From an uncultured Micavibrio sp. (lineage in GTDB: Bacteria > Pseudomonadota > Alphaproteobacteria > Micavibrionales > Micavibrionaceae), in NCBI GenBank assembly GCA_964647515.1, contig CAZYHI010000001.1, positions 1 through 58,860 on the forward strand: DNA of 58,860 nt, read 5' to 3'. The notes under the pieces were generated by a model. That model was not told the origin of the DNA, searched no databases, and worked only from the letters and a program-made list of their open reading frames with translations. Positions 35,277 through 45,026 of the stretch are shown here, piece by piece. Made by a program: the position numbers and the translations under genes. How positions within the stretch are numbered: position 1 is the first letter of the stretch; each line of letters opens with the position of its first letter.

Positions 35277-36152
35277 CTATTGAGCCGAAGATGATAAATC
35301 ACCTCTAATTAAATTAGGATTTGATGGCGTATCAACCACACGTACATAAGTAATACGACGCATATCAGCAAAAGGTTTAATAACTTTCTCTCCACTTGCA
35401 TTTGTCATGATTTTTCCAATAGGAAGCCCCAATGGAAAAACACCACCATCACCAGACGTGATAATACGCATACCATCAACCAGACCTGAGTCCTTGGCTA
35501 AATGGCTTAACGACAGCAAGTCAGAGTTATTACCCACTAAAATTGCTTTTTGATTAGTCCCTTCAATAAGGACAGGGATACGTGAGTTAATATCTGATAA
35601 CAACAAAATACGCGCCGCGTTATGACCGACTTCAATCACACGACCAATCATCCCCTCACCAGACAGAACCGCTTGGTTTTTTTGTACACCATTTTTGCTA
35701 CCCGAAGATACCAGTAGAGTTTTAACAAACGTATTACCTGCATCTGAAACAACACGCGCTGTGACATATTTGTGATCTGTGTGCACTTTTAGATTTAAAA
35801 GTTTTTGTAAAGATTGGTTTTCCGCCTGTAACATCAATGCCGTTTGATACCATTCACGTAAGCGTGCATTTTCTGATTTTAATTTTGCATTTTCCGCTTT
35901 TAAAGTTGCCTTATCAGAAATACCACTGACCGCTTCGGCCATATTTTGAAATGGCTTACTCACCACTGAGATGACAGGTGTAAAAATATCTGACACACCA
36001 ATACGTGGCGCGGTTAAAATTGCGGGGCGAACAAAAGTAATGAACAAAAAGCAAAGCGCCAAAACAAGAAAAAATAACGACCCTGTCTTACCGTTCAAAA
36101 CGGCCAACGAGGCGGAAGAAGAAACTGATCTTTGTTTAAGGCTTGATTTCAT
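35277..36152 (-). CDS. mreC: rod shape-determining protein MreC
   Basis: 291 aa with an N-terminal TM segment, a coiled coil (LKAENAKLKSENARLREW) and beta-barrel region motifs (GMIGRVIEV, GGVFPLGLPIG). Confidence 0.9.
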   Translation of the reverse strand: MKSSLKQRSVSSSASLAVLNGKTGSLFFLVLALCFLFITFVRPAILTAPRIGVSDIFTPVISVVSKPFQNMAEAVSGISDKATLKAENAKLKSENARLREWYQTALMLQAENQSLQKLLNLKVHTDHKYVTARVVSDAGNTFVKTLLVSSGSKNGVQKNQAVLSGEGMIGRVIEVGHNAARILLLSDINSRIPVLIEGTNQKAILVGNNSDLLSLSHLAKDSGLVDGMRIITSGDGGVFPLGLPIGKIMTNASGEKVIKPFADMRRITYVRVVDTPSNPNLIRGDLSSSAQ

Positions 36153-36258
36153 GCTGACTTATGTAAGGAATAGTAAAAATTCTTTATCTCTCAATATATT
36201 AATGCAGAAACAACAACAAAACCAGTAAAAATTACGTCAAATTTAAAATATGCACGCC

Positions 36259-37314
<1,056 letters not shown>

Positions 37315-37430
37315 TCAGAATTTAAATAATTGAAGCGTTATAACAGAGATAAAGCTTCGATGCACGAATTGTTTTGGCTATTGAGCAATTAATCACCTTG
37401 TAATTACCTTGCTAACTTTCAAGGTCAAGA

Positions 37431-37460
37431 CAAAATAAAAGCCTGTAAAATATACAGGCT
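37431..37460 (-). terminator. rho-independent terminator downstream of rpmJ
   Basis: 8-bp stem agcctgta/tacaggct (37440-37447 / 37453-37460), 5-nt loop, and on the minus strand a following TTTATTTTG tract. It lies 25 nt after the rpmJ stop. Confidence 0.55.
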
Positions 37461-37484
37461 TCCACAAAAATATGAAAATAAAGC

Positions 37485-37610
37485 TTAACCTTGGCGAGCT
37501 TTAAAGCGTTTATTCACTTTATTAATAACATAAACACGTCCACGACGACGGATAACACGACAATTTCTGTCACGTTTTTTCAATGTTTTCAAAGAGTTAA
37601 CAACTTTCAT
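37485..37610 (-). CDS. rpmJ: 50S ribosomal protein L36
   Basis: Hand translation of the minus strand gives [41 protein letters not shown] (41 aa), the canonical L36 sequence. RBS AGGTGA. It is below the ORF-track length cutoff. Confidence 0.92.
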   Translation of the reverse strand: MKVVNSLKTLKKRDRNCRVIRRRGRVYVINKVNKRFKARQG

Positions 37611-37649
37611 GGCTTCACCTAATATTCAAATAATCTCAATTCTGAGCAG

Positions 37650-37678
37650 AAACTAATGCCATCCCTTCTTAATGTCAA
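37650..37678 (-). promoter_or_regulatory. candidate sigma70-type promoter of rpmJ
   Basis: On the minus strand: TTGACA (37678-37673), N17, TAGTTT (37655-37650). Confidence 0.4.
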
Positions 37679-37722
37679 CAGATATATGTAAGGTTTGAAG
37701 TATGGGGCTTGAAAAACCACGC

Positions 37723-38115
37723 TTAAAAATGCCCATCCAAAGCAATAAAGATAAAGCAAATATAGGCTAAATGGGTTAGATTATGTAACTCTTGATCGAC
37801 ACCAAACCACCACCAAAAAGATGTATCTTTTGGCGTTAAATTTTTTACCAATGTAATGTGCCCTTTAACGCGGTCAATAAAGGCATGAACAACAAAATCC
37901 ACGACAGCCAACCACCACAAATGCGGCGCAAAAACCAACATCACCAAAAGCGTTCCAGTCGCATGGATAACCGTATGCACAAAAAGAGCTCTATAGCCTT
38001 CTTTTCCTGCTTTTCCCTTTGTTAAAGCCATCCAATCTGTTTGTAATAAAAAATCACAAGCAAAATGTTTTGCGCGAAAGGATAAATATAACAATAAAAG
38101 AAGGGTCGGAGACAT
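37723..38115 (-). CDS. DUF3307 family membrane protein
   Basis: The C-terminal 130 aa of the 282-aa track ORF (start ATG 38115) carry KHFACDFLLQTDWMA, then a His-rich TM region (VHTVIHATG, VVHAFIDRVKGH) typical of DUF3307. The upstream 150 codons look non-coding. Confidence 0.6.
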   Translation of the reverse strand: MSPTLLLLLYLSFRAKHFACDFLLQTDWMALTKGKAGKEGYRALFVHTVIHATGTLLVMLVFAPHLWWLAVVDFVVHAFIDRVKGHITLVKNLTPKDTSFWWWFGVDQELHNLTHLAYICFIFIALDGHF

Positions 38116-38266
38116 TAAATAGGTTTCTTTATAGAGAAGTTGTAAAGATAAGTATGACACATGCGGTATATATTCCAAGTAAAATTCAATACAAAAACGC
38201 CAAATTAGCAAATCTTTGCCCTGTACTCGTATAATAATACAAGGCATTATGTTTGTAGGGGAAAAA

Positions 38267-39478
38267 ATGAATACAATAACACAAGAAATAAACAAAAAAG
38301 AAATCAAAGCGGGTGACACCATCCTCAAGCAAGGAGATGAGGGTAGCAACGCTTTTATTATTGAATCTGGTTCAGTTGAAATCTTAATTGAAAAAGAAAA
38401 TAATCTTGTCCAAAGCATCGGTACCAGAGGGCCTGGTACAATTATTGGTGAGATGGCTCTCGTTGACAACAACCCGCGAACCGCGACGATTAAAGCAACA
38501 CAAGACAGTGTTTTACTTGAAATCACAAAAGATGATTTTGAGCGCCGCTTAGGAAATTCTGATCCTGTCATTCAGATGGTGACACAAGTTATCCTCGCGC
38601 GCTATCGCGATATCATCACCCGTGCACAAATTTTGGGCACCCAGAACACCACATCAACACCAGAAGAATTAGAAAAAGGCTTGGTTGAAAAAACGAATGC
38701 CGTTGCAAATATTAAACTCTCTAACGAATTAAAAAATGCATTAGACAACGATGAACTTGAACTTCATTACCAACCCATCATTGATTTAAAAACAAAGAAA
38801 ATAAATGGGTTTGAAGCTCTTATTCGTTGGAAACACCATGAAAAAGGTTATATTTCTCCTGAAATTTTTATTCCTTTAGCCGAAGATAATGGGCAGATAT
38901 TAGATATTAGCCGCTGGGTTGTATCACAAGCCTGTAAAACATTAAGTAAGATCAAAGATACGTTTAATGACAACGACTTTTTCATGAGCGTCAATTTTTC
39001 TGCCAGCGATTTTGCCAACGCGGATTTTAAATCATACGTCAATTACGCGCTCAATGAATCAAATATAAAACCGCATGAAATTCATCTTGAAATTACTGAA
39101 CGCTTACTAATGGGAAATCCAAGTAGTGCCCGCGACACAATAGAAGCCTGTCGCAAAGATGGTATGCTCATATCCATTGATGACTTTGGTACAGGTTACA
39201 GTTCTTTAAGTTACCTCCACCACTTTCCCATCGATATCTTAAAAATTGACCAAAGCTTCATTAACAATATGATTGATGATCAAAGTGCTTTAGAACTCGT
39301 AAAATCTATCATCGCATTAAGTCATAACATGGGCATGAAAATTATCGCCGAAGGGATAGAGACAGAAGAACAATCTCAAATATTGGAAAATCTGAATTGT
39401 GACCAAGCCCAAGGTTATCTTTATGCACGCCCCATGACAGAAGATAACTTAACCATGTTCATTCAACAACAAAACTAA
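38267..39478 (+). CDS. cyclic-nucleotide-binding domain / EAL domain phosphodiesterase
   Basis: The ATG at 38267 has an RBS AGGGGA. The cNMP-binding motifs are FIIESGSVEI and GEMALVDNNPRTATIKA. The EAL motifs are QPIIDL, EALIRW, DDFGTGYSSLSYL and AEGIETEEQ. Confidence 0.88.
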   Translation: MNTITQEINKKEIKAGDTILKQGDEGSNAFIIESGSVEILIEKENNLVQSIGTRGPGTIIGEMALVDNNPRTATIKATQDSVLLEITKDDFERRLGNSDPVIQMVTQVILARYRDIITRAQILGTQNTTSTPEELEKGLVEKTNAVANIKLSNELKNALDNDELELHYQPIIDLKTKKINGFEALIRWKHHEKGYISPEIFIPLAEDNGQILDISRWVVSQACKTLSKIKDTFNDNDFFMSVNFSASDFANADFKSYVNYALNESNIKPHEIHLEITERLLMGNPSSARDTIEACRKDGMLISIDDFGTGYSSLSYLHHFPIDILKIDQSFINNMIDDQSALELVKSIIALSHNMGMKIIAEGIETEEQSQILENLNCDQAQGYLYARPMTEDNLTMFIQQQN

Positions 39479-39584
39479 GCCTTTCCTCATCTTTACGCCA
39501 CATTAACCTTTACTTGTTATGATAAAGAGTTGGGAATTTTGTTTTTTTCAACAAAAAATAATAAAAACAGGGGCTTAGGGGATT

Positions 39585-42500
39585 ATGGCTTACAATTCAG
39601 ACACGGGTTCTGCAACGCAGGATAACGGTACAACCAATATAAATTTAACACAAAATAAAGATGGTAACTTTGAGTTACCTTCTGGTTATGTCGTTAGCAA
39701 TGCTGAATTTTACCGTGATGGTCAGGATTTGACGTTAAAGTTCACTGATCAAAATGATATTTCTATCGAAAATTACTTCACAAACCAAGATGACCCTTTA
39801 ATCCAAGATGATGCTGGAAATAGCGCAAATAACGGTCTGATCAATTCATTCCTTCAATCTTCTCCTGAATATGCACAAACCTCTTCACTCACGGATGAAA
39901 GCCCTATTGGTGCCGTCGAAGAAATAAAAGGTGAAGCCACACTAATTCGTGCCGATGGTAACGTTGAAGACGTAACCTTAGGAACGCCTGTTTATCAAGG
40001 CGATGTTATTCAAACGTCTGGTGATGGTGCCTTAAATATTACCTTTATCGATGAAACAAGTTTAGCCATTAGTGAGAATGCTAAAGTGGCTCTCGATAAT
40101 TATAAATTTGATGCTAAAACAGAAAGTGGTGAGACAGATATTTCTGTTTTACGTGGTGTTTTTGTTTATACCAGCGGTCTTATTGGGCGCGATGATCCCG
40201 ACGACGTTAAAATTGATACACCTGTTGGCTCCATCGGTATTCGCGGAACAATCATTGCGGGTAACATCAACCCTAATGGTCAGAGTGAAATATCAGTTCT
40301 TGAAGGGGCTATTGTTATTACCAATGGCGTTAGCGAGAGAACATTATCTCAACAATTCGAAACCATTCAATTAACTGGGTTTAACAATGCTATTGAATAT
40401 AAAGGTGTTGAAGCCGCAGATAACATTAGTAAAACATACGGATCAGTTAATGATGTTTTACCAAAATTATTCAGCTCTATTAATGACGCAACCAAAGAAG
40501 AGGTCATTGAAGAAGAAGTCGAGGCTTCTGAAGAAAACAATGACATCGAAAGTAACGAACAAGAAACCTTAGAACTTGATTCAACATTAGACACGCAAGA
40601 TATTATAGAACTTGAAATCGGTGAAACAGGCGAGGCAACCGCTATAGAAACATCGACAGATAGTAATGTTACAACAGAACAAACATCGTTAAATTCAGGT
40701 CTTCAGGAGAGTGATTTAAATCGTACCACGATAGACGATCCTGCCTTTCAAGAATTCTTAGACCGTCCAGTTGAAACTAGGACTGAAACTGAAACGACGA
40801 CACCTCCGCCACCGCCACCAGCTGTACCAAGCGCAACGATTGATATATTTGACAGTAGTGGAAATTTACTTTTTGAAGGGAATAAATTTGATGTTAAAGT
40901 TGGTAAAATTGTTCTCTCAAATGTTCCTACCGCTGATTTAGGATCGGTAATGATCTCTGATAATAATAATATTTTTAGCTATAATCAAGACATGGCAAAC
41001 CAAAATGAATTTACTATAACTGTTGATGACGAAGCCGCAGCGCGCGTACCTTCAAATAATATAATTACTATTACAATTGGTGGTGCTAGTGCGGAAACAA
41101 TTAACCTGCCTCTTGATATATTAGATGCCGCAGTGCATTTGAATACACCAGGAGGGTTTGATTATGATGTGAGTTCTGCAACAGCTTTACAAGAACACCT
41201 GCTTAATGCACAAGATTTTGATGGCGATGGTGACAGAGATTATCTTACCATTACAAGCACAATCAATCCAAATACAAATCAAGAGGTAAATGTTTTTGAT
41301 CAAAGTAATTTAACAGGCCTCATACAAGAAACAAACCCAGGTGGTAGAAAATGGAATGATGCTGAATTCTTCGGAGATATCAATAATGATGGTTTTGCCG
41401 ATATTGTTGGTATAACAGATGACCTAGCATCAGATTATAGTATCATCATGGGGAATAACACCCCTCAAAATCCTATTCATTTAGATTTTTTAACCCCACT
41501 CACAATAGGACCAACATCTGTTGCCTCTGCTGGCGACTTTAATGCAGGTGGTAAATCTGATTTTGTTTTAGGCGCAGCGAGTGAAAATAGTGGACAAGGA
41601 CGTGTAATCATCCAATATGGCCCAAGTAATGCAGGTTTTATTGTCAATGGAACAGCTTCAGACACAGCCTTTGGTAGCCAAGTCTTTAACCTTGGTGATG
41701 TCAATGGTGATGGCGTCACAGATGTACTGGCTACAGGACAAGATGAAGCTTATGTGATTTTTGGTCGAGAAAATAATTCTGGAATCTACGAAACATTGGA
41801 TACAACTGATTTACAAAATTCGATTCAAGGGCTTGAGATTGGGGAAGGAGTCCCCCATAATTTTGTAACTGCAGGGAGCACAGGAGACATTAACGGTGAT
41901 GGCTTTGATGACTTTGCTGTTTCTTTTGATGATGGTACAGATATAAATACTTATGTTGTTTACGGAGAAAATGGTATAGAATTTCCTTCTGATTTAGATT
42001 TAAATTACTTAGAAAATCCTGATAACGCACTAAAAATCAATCACGATGGGGCAACAGGTCAAAACTATCAAATTACTGCACTGGGTGATGTTGATGGCGA
42101 CGGATTTGATGATATCCAACTTGGCATTGAAGGCGGTAAACAGTATACCGTTCATGGTGCTCCTGGCGGTAGTGCTCATGTGATTGTTACTGATCAATCC
42201 GACAATGATGATAATATGAATGCAGGTATTATAAGCGCATCGGGTGACCTCCAATCTCTCGTTGGCAATGTTAACTTTGACGACTCAGATAAAACAGGCA
42301 TTCGTATAAGTGGCGGTGATGGAGATAACATCATCAATATAAGCAACGATGATTTCGCAAAAATAGATGGCGGTGATGGATTTGATAGAATAAATATTGT
42401 AACACAAAATGGAAATCTCGATTTCACAAACTTACAGTATGAACAGGTTGAAAATATAGAACAAATCAACTTTGGTAATACTGGCCAAACAGTAACATTA

Positions 42501-42773
42501 GACGCAATTAGTATTTTCAATTTATTAAAACAAAGTGACAATAATGACTTAAGAATCTCTGGTGATTTAGGAGACACCTTAAACATTACAGATGCTAGTG
42601 GCGGCACTACAGGGGACCTAAAGGATAGAATTGTGGATATTCTAAATAGTGAGGGAGAAGGCGCTACTCACGAAACAAACACAACATTAGATGGAAATGA
42701 GTACAACCACTTCAAAATTGGGGGATATGACCTTTACATCGATACAGATATTACAACAGCAGTCGTCGTCTAG
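39585..42773 (+). CDS. large FecR-domain / FG-GAP repeat protein with RTX-like C-terminus (putative type I secretion substrate)
   Basis: 1062 aa with no signal peptide. The FecR-like segment is GEATLIRADGNVEDVTLGTPVYQGDVIQTSGDGALNITFIDETSLAI. An acidic low-complexity and PPPPPP linker follows. There are six DxDxDG-type FG-GAP calcium motifs (e.g. DFDGDGDRDY, DINGDGFDDF). GGDGDNII and GGDGFDRI are RTX-like nonapeptides, and the C-terminus is hydrophobic (..DTDITTAVVV). Confidence 0.85.
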   Translation: MAYNSDTGSATQDNGTTNINLTQNKDGNFELPSGYVVSNAEFYRDGQDLTLKFTDQNDISIENYFTNQDDPLIQDDAGNSANNGLINSFLQSSPEYAQTSSLTDESPIGAVEEIKGEATLIRADGNVEDVTLGTPVYQGDVIQTSGDGALNITFIDETSLAISENAKVALDNYKFDAKTESGETDISVLRGVFVYTSGLIGRDDPDDVKIDTPVGSIGIRGTIIAGNINPNGQSEISVLEGAIVITNGVSERTLSQQFETIQLTGFNNAIEYKGVEAADNISKTYGSVNDVLPKLFSSINDATKEEVIEEEVEASEENNDIESNEQETLELDSTLDTQDIIELEIGETGEATAIETSTDSNVTTEQTSLNSGLQESDLNRTTIDDPAFQEFLDRPVETRTETETTTPPPPPPAVPSATIDIFDSSGNLLFEGNKFDVKVGKIVLSNVPTADLGSVMISDNNNIFSYNQDMANQNEFTITVDDEAAARVPSNNIITITIGGASAETINLPLDILDAAVHLNTPGGFDYDVSSATALQEHLLNAQDFDGDGDRDYLTITSTINPNTNQEVNVFDQSNLTGLIQETNPGGRKWNDAEFFGDINNDGFADIVGITDDLASDYSIIMGNNTPQNPIHLDFLTPLTIGPTSVASAGDFNAGGKSDFVLGAASENSGQGRVIIQYGPSNAGFIVNGTASDTAFGSQVFNLGDVNGDGVTDVLATGQDEAYVIFGRENNSGIYETLDTTDLQNSIQGLEIGEGVPHNFVTAGSTGDINGDGFDDFAVSFDDGTDINTYVVYGENGIEFPSDLDLNYLENPDNALKINHDGATGQNYQITALGDVDGDGFDDIQLGIEGGKQYTVHGAPGGSAHVIVTDQSDNDDNMNAGIISASGDLQSLVGNVNFDDSDKTGIRISGGDGDNIINISNDDFAKIDGGDGFDRINIVTQNGNLDFTNLQYEQVENIEQINFGNTGQTVTLDAISIFNLLKQSDNNDLRISGDLGDTLNITDASGGTTGDLKDRIVDILNSEGEGATHETNTTLDGNEYNHFKIGGYDLYIDTDITTAVVV

Positions 42774-42777
42774 TTGA

Positions 42778-45018
42778 CTACTTGCTCTTGGCAACGAAAA
42801 CCCCGTCCCAATTTTCTGGTGGCGGGTTTTTTGTAAGTTCAATAATACGTTCACTATAAATTTTATAATATTTTTTCATGGAATCTAAGGCCAAATCCGA
42901 TGCCTCTTTACAATCTTGTGCCGCACAGGACAAATCCGCAATACGGTATGCGGCCAACATTCCGTTATGTGCCGCTTGCCATTTTTTAAATGCATCACTA
43001 CACGCATAATCAGCATCACCTACCAACGTATAAACACGCACCGCTTCATCGCGCCCAATAACCTTAATTAAATCAAGTTCCAACATCGCCAAATCATCAA
43101 CTTGTTTTTTGGTATCTTCACCAATCAAAATATCAACACCATAAGATTTTGTCTGCCCTTCTAAACGTGATGCCAAATTCACAGCATCACCCAAGGCAGA
43201 ATAAGCGAAACGTTGTTTTGATCCCATATTACCAACAGAACAAGGCCCTGTATTAACCCCTATTCCCGCTTGAAGATTAAGAGAACTCTTGTCTTTTTCT
43301 TTCATCTTATCATTCACGTTAACAAGGGCTTCATTCATCTTTAACGCCGCCAAACACGCTTGGCGCGCATGATCCGGATCATCAAGAGGCGCATTCCAAA
43401 ATGCCATCATCGCATCGCCCATATATTTATCAATCGTACCACGTGAATTCATCACAATGTCTGACATTGGTGTTAAAAAATCATTCATCAACTGAATCAA
43501 TTCTTCGGGTGATAAATTTTCTGATATCTTTGTAAAGCTTCTAATATCACTAAACATAACGGTGAGATCACGCACCTCCCCACCTAGCTTCAACTTATCA
43601 GGACTATTCGTCAGTTCTTCCATAAATTCTGGCGAGATATAATGACCGAAGGCTGTTTTGACTTGCCGTCTATCCGCTTCTGACCGTAAATAACTGAGCA
43701 AAGATGACACAACAAATAAAAAGAAAATCACAACACTTGGATATGTTGGATCAAATAATAACCCTTTTTCCACATAAGCAAAAAAGGCCGAATAATAGAG
43801 TCCACCAATGCTCATCACACTAAATATGCTTAACCAAATCACATTAATAAAAGGTGCCAATAATATAATAATCAAACCACTAACAAGGATAATTAATGCC
43901 TCTACCCCATTGGTAAAAGAAGGGCGTGTTAAAAATTTATTTTGCAAAATTTGTTCGACGACATTCACATGTACTTCAACACCAGGTTCAAAAATACTTA
44001 ATGGCGTTGAACGAATATCTCGAAGCCCGACGGCGCTTGTTCCAACAAAAACTATTTTATCTTTGATTTTATTTTCAATATTTGTGTTTTTTAAAACATC
44101 AACAGCCTTAATATATTCATCGTTTTTGATATCACGGTAATGAACCCAAAACTTCAAATCAGCATTGACAGGGATTTCTGTTTTTCCCAACTTGGTATAA
44201 TAATCAGTATCAAATAATCCCTTATTCTTATCTTTGCGTTCTTTAATACTATACCGCGCATTGGGGGACAGAGACACCCGCCATGCCTCTAACCCCAACA
44301 TCGGGTAAAGCTTGGTTTGATCAGGTGCTTCAGTGTAACGAGGGTACGCATTAAATAGTGAGACCTCACGAATAATACCATCGACATGCGGCGTCGCAAT
44401 GAAGCTTCCATTTCCTGCCGCGCTTGATGATAATATTTCTAAATTGGTGGCTAACCCAGCCGGTGAATATGGCGCGCGCAATAAGGGTTTTTTATTTTTA
44501 AAAAATAAAGTTGGTGCATTTTTTCGATAAGGTAAACGTCTCGTTTCTTCTGGGCGTGCCGCTGCAAAACCCGTCACTACATTTCCTGCTGCTTTAATAG
44601 AGTTCGCAAAAATCTTATCATTATCGGGCAAGCTTAGGATATTTTCCTTTGCTTGGGTAAATACATCATCTTCAGGCAGATATTCAACAATTTGTTGTGG
44701 GCTTGTTCTGTCTTCTTCGGCAAAAACCATATCGAAAGCAATCGCTTTGGCACCCATTTCATTTAATCTCTCCACAATTTCCGCCATCACCGTACGCGAC
44801 CATGGCCATTGTCCAATTTCTTTTAAGGATATTTCATCAACATCGATAATGGCAATGTCATCTGTCGCAGGACGTTCATGAAAACGGTTAAACACATCAA
44901 ATGTCAAATATTGTATCCGTTTTCGAAATTCATGATTTGAATCACTAAACCATACGGCAAAACCCAATATAAAAAGCAGAAAAATAATATGAAATTTTTT
45001 GTTCGTTAAAAAGCGCAT
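42778..45018 (-). CDS. CHASE2 sensor domain-containing class III adenylate/guanylate cyclase
   Basis: 746 aa. It has an N-terminal TM segment, a large periplasmic CHASE2-like region (IDVDEISLKEIGQWPWSR) and three TM segments. The cyclase domain motifs are VMFSDIRSFT, GDAMMAFW and GDAVNLASRLE. Confidence 0.9.
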   Translation of the reverse strand: MRFLTNKKFHIIFLLFILGFAVWFSDSNHEFRKRIQYLTFDVFNRFHERPATDDIAIIDVDEISLKEIGQWPWSRTVMAEIVERLNEMGAKAIAFDMVFAEEDRTSPQQIVEYLPEDDVFTQAKENILSLPDNDKIFANSIKAAGNVVTGFAAARPEETRRLPYRKNAPTLFFKNKKPLLRAPYSPAGLATNLEILSSSAAGNGSFIATPHVDGIIREVSLFNAYPRYTEAPDQTKLYPMLGLEAWRVSLSPNARYSIKERKDKNKGLFDTDYYTKLGKTEIPVNADLKFWVHYRDIKNDEYIKAVDVLKNTNIENKIKDKIVFVGTSAVGLRDIRSTPLSIFEPGVEVHVNVVEQILQNKFLTRPSFTNGVEALIILVSGLIIILLAPFINVIWLSIFSVMSIGGLYYSAFFAYVEKGLLFDPTYPSVVIFFLFVVSSLLSYLRSEADRRQVKTAFGHYISPEFMEELTNSPDKLKLGGEVRDLTVMFSDIRSFTKISENLSPEELIQLMNDFLTPMSDIVMNSRGTIDKYMGDAMMAFWNAPLDDPDHARQACLAALKMNEALVNVNDKMKEKDKSSLNLQAGIGVNTGPCSVGNMGSKQRFAYSALGDAVNLASRLEGQTKSYGVDILIGEDTKKQVDDLAMLELDLIKVIGRDEAVRVYTLVGDADYACSDAFKKWQAAHNGMLAAYRIADLSCAAQDCKEASDLALDSMKKYYKIYSERIIELTKNPPPENWDGVFVAKSK

Positions 45019-45026
45019 AACGGCAT

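Noticed and set aside
38116-38571. N-terminal 152 codons of the 282-aa minus-strand track ORF (37723-38571)
   Set aside because: This part overlaps the 5' end, RBS and promoter region of the cNMP/EAL gene on the other strand. It has Ser/Ile/Leu/Pro-biased composition and no DUF3307 similarity. The DUF3307 signature starts right after the internal ATG at 38115, so I called 37723-38115 only.
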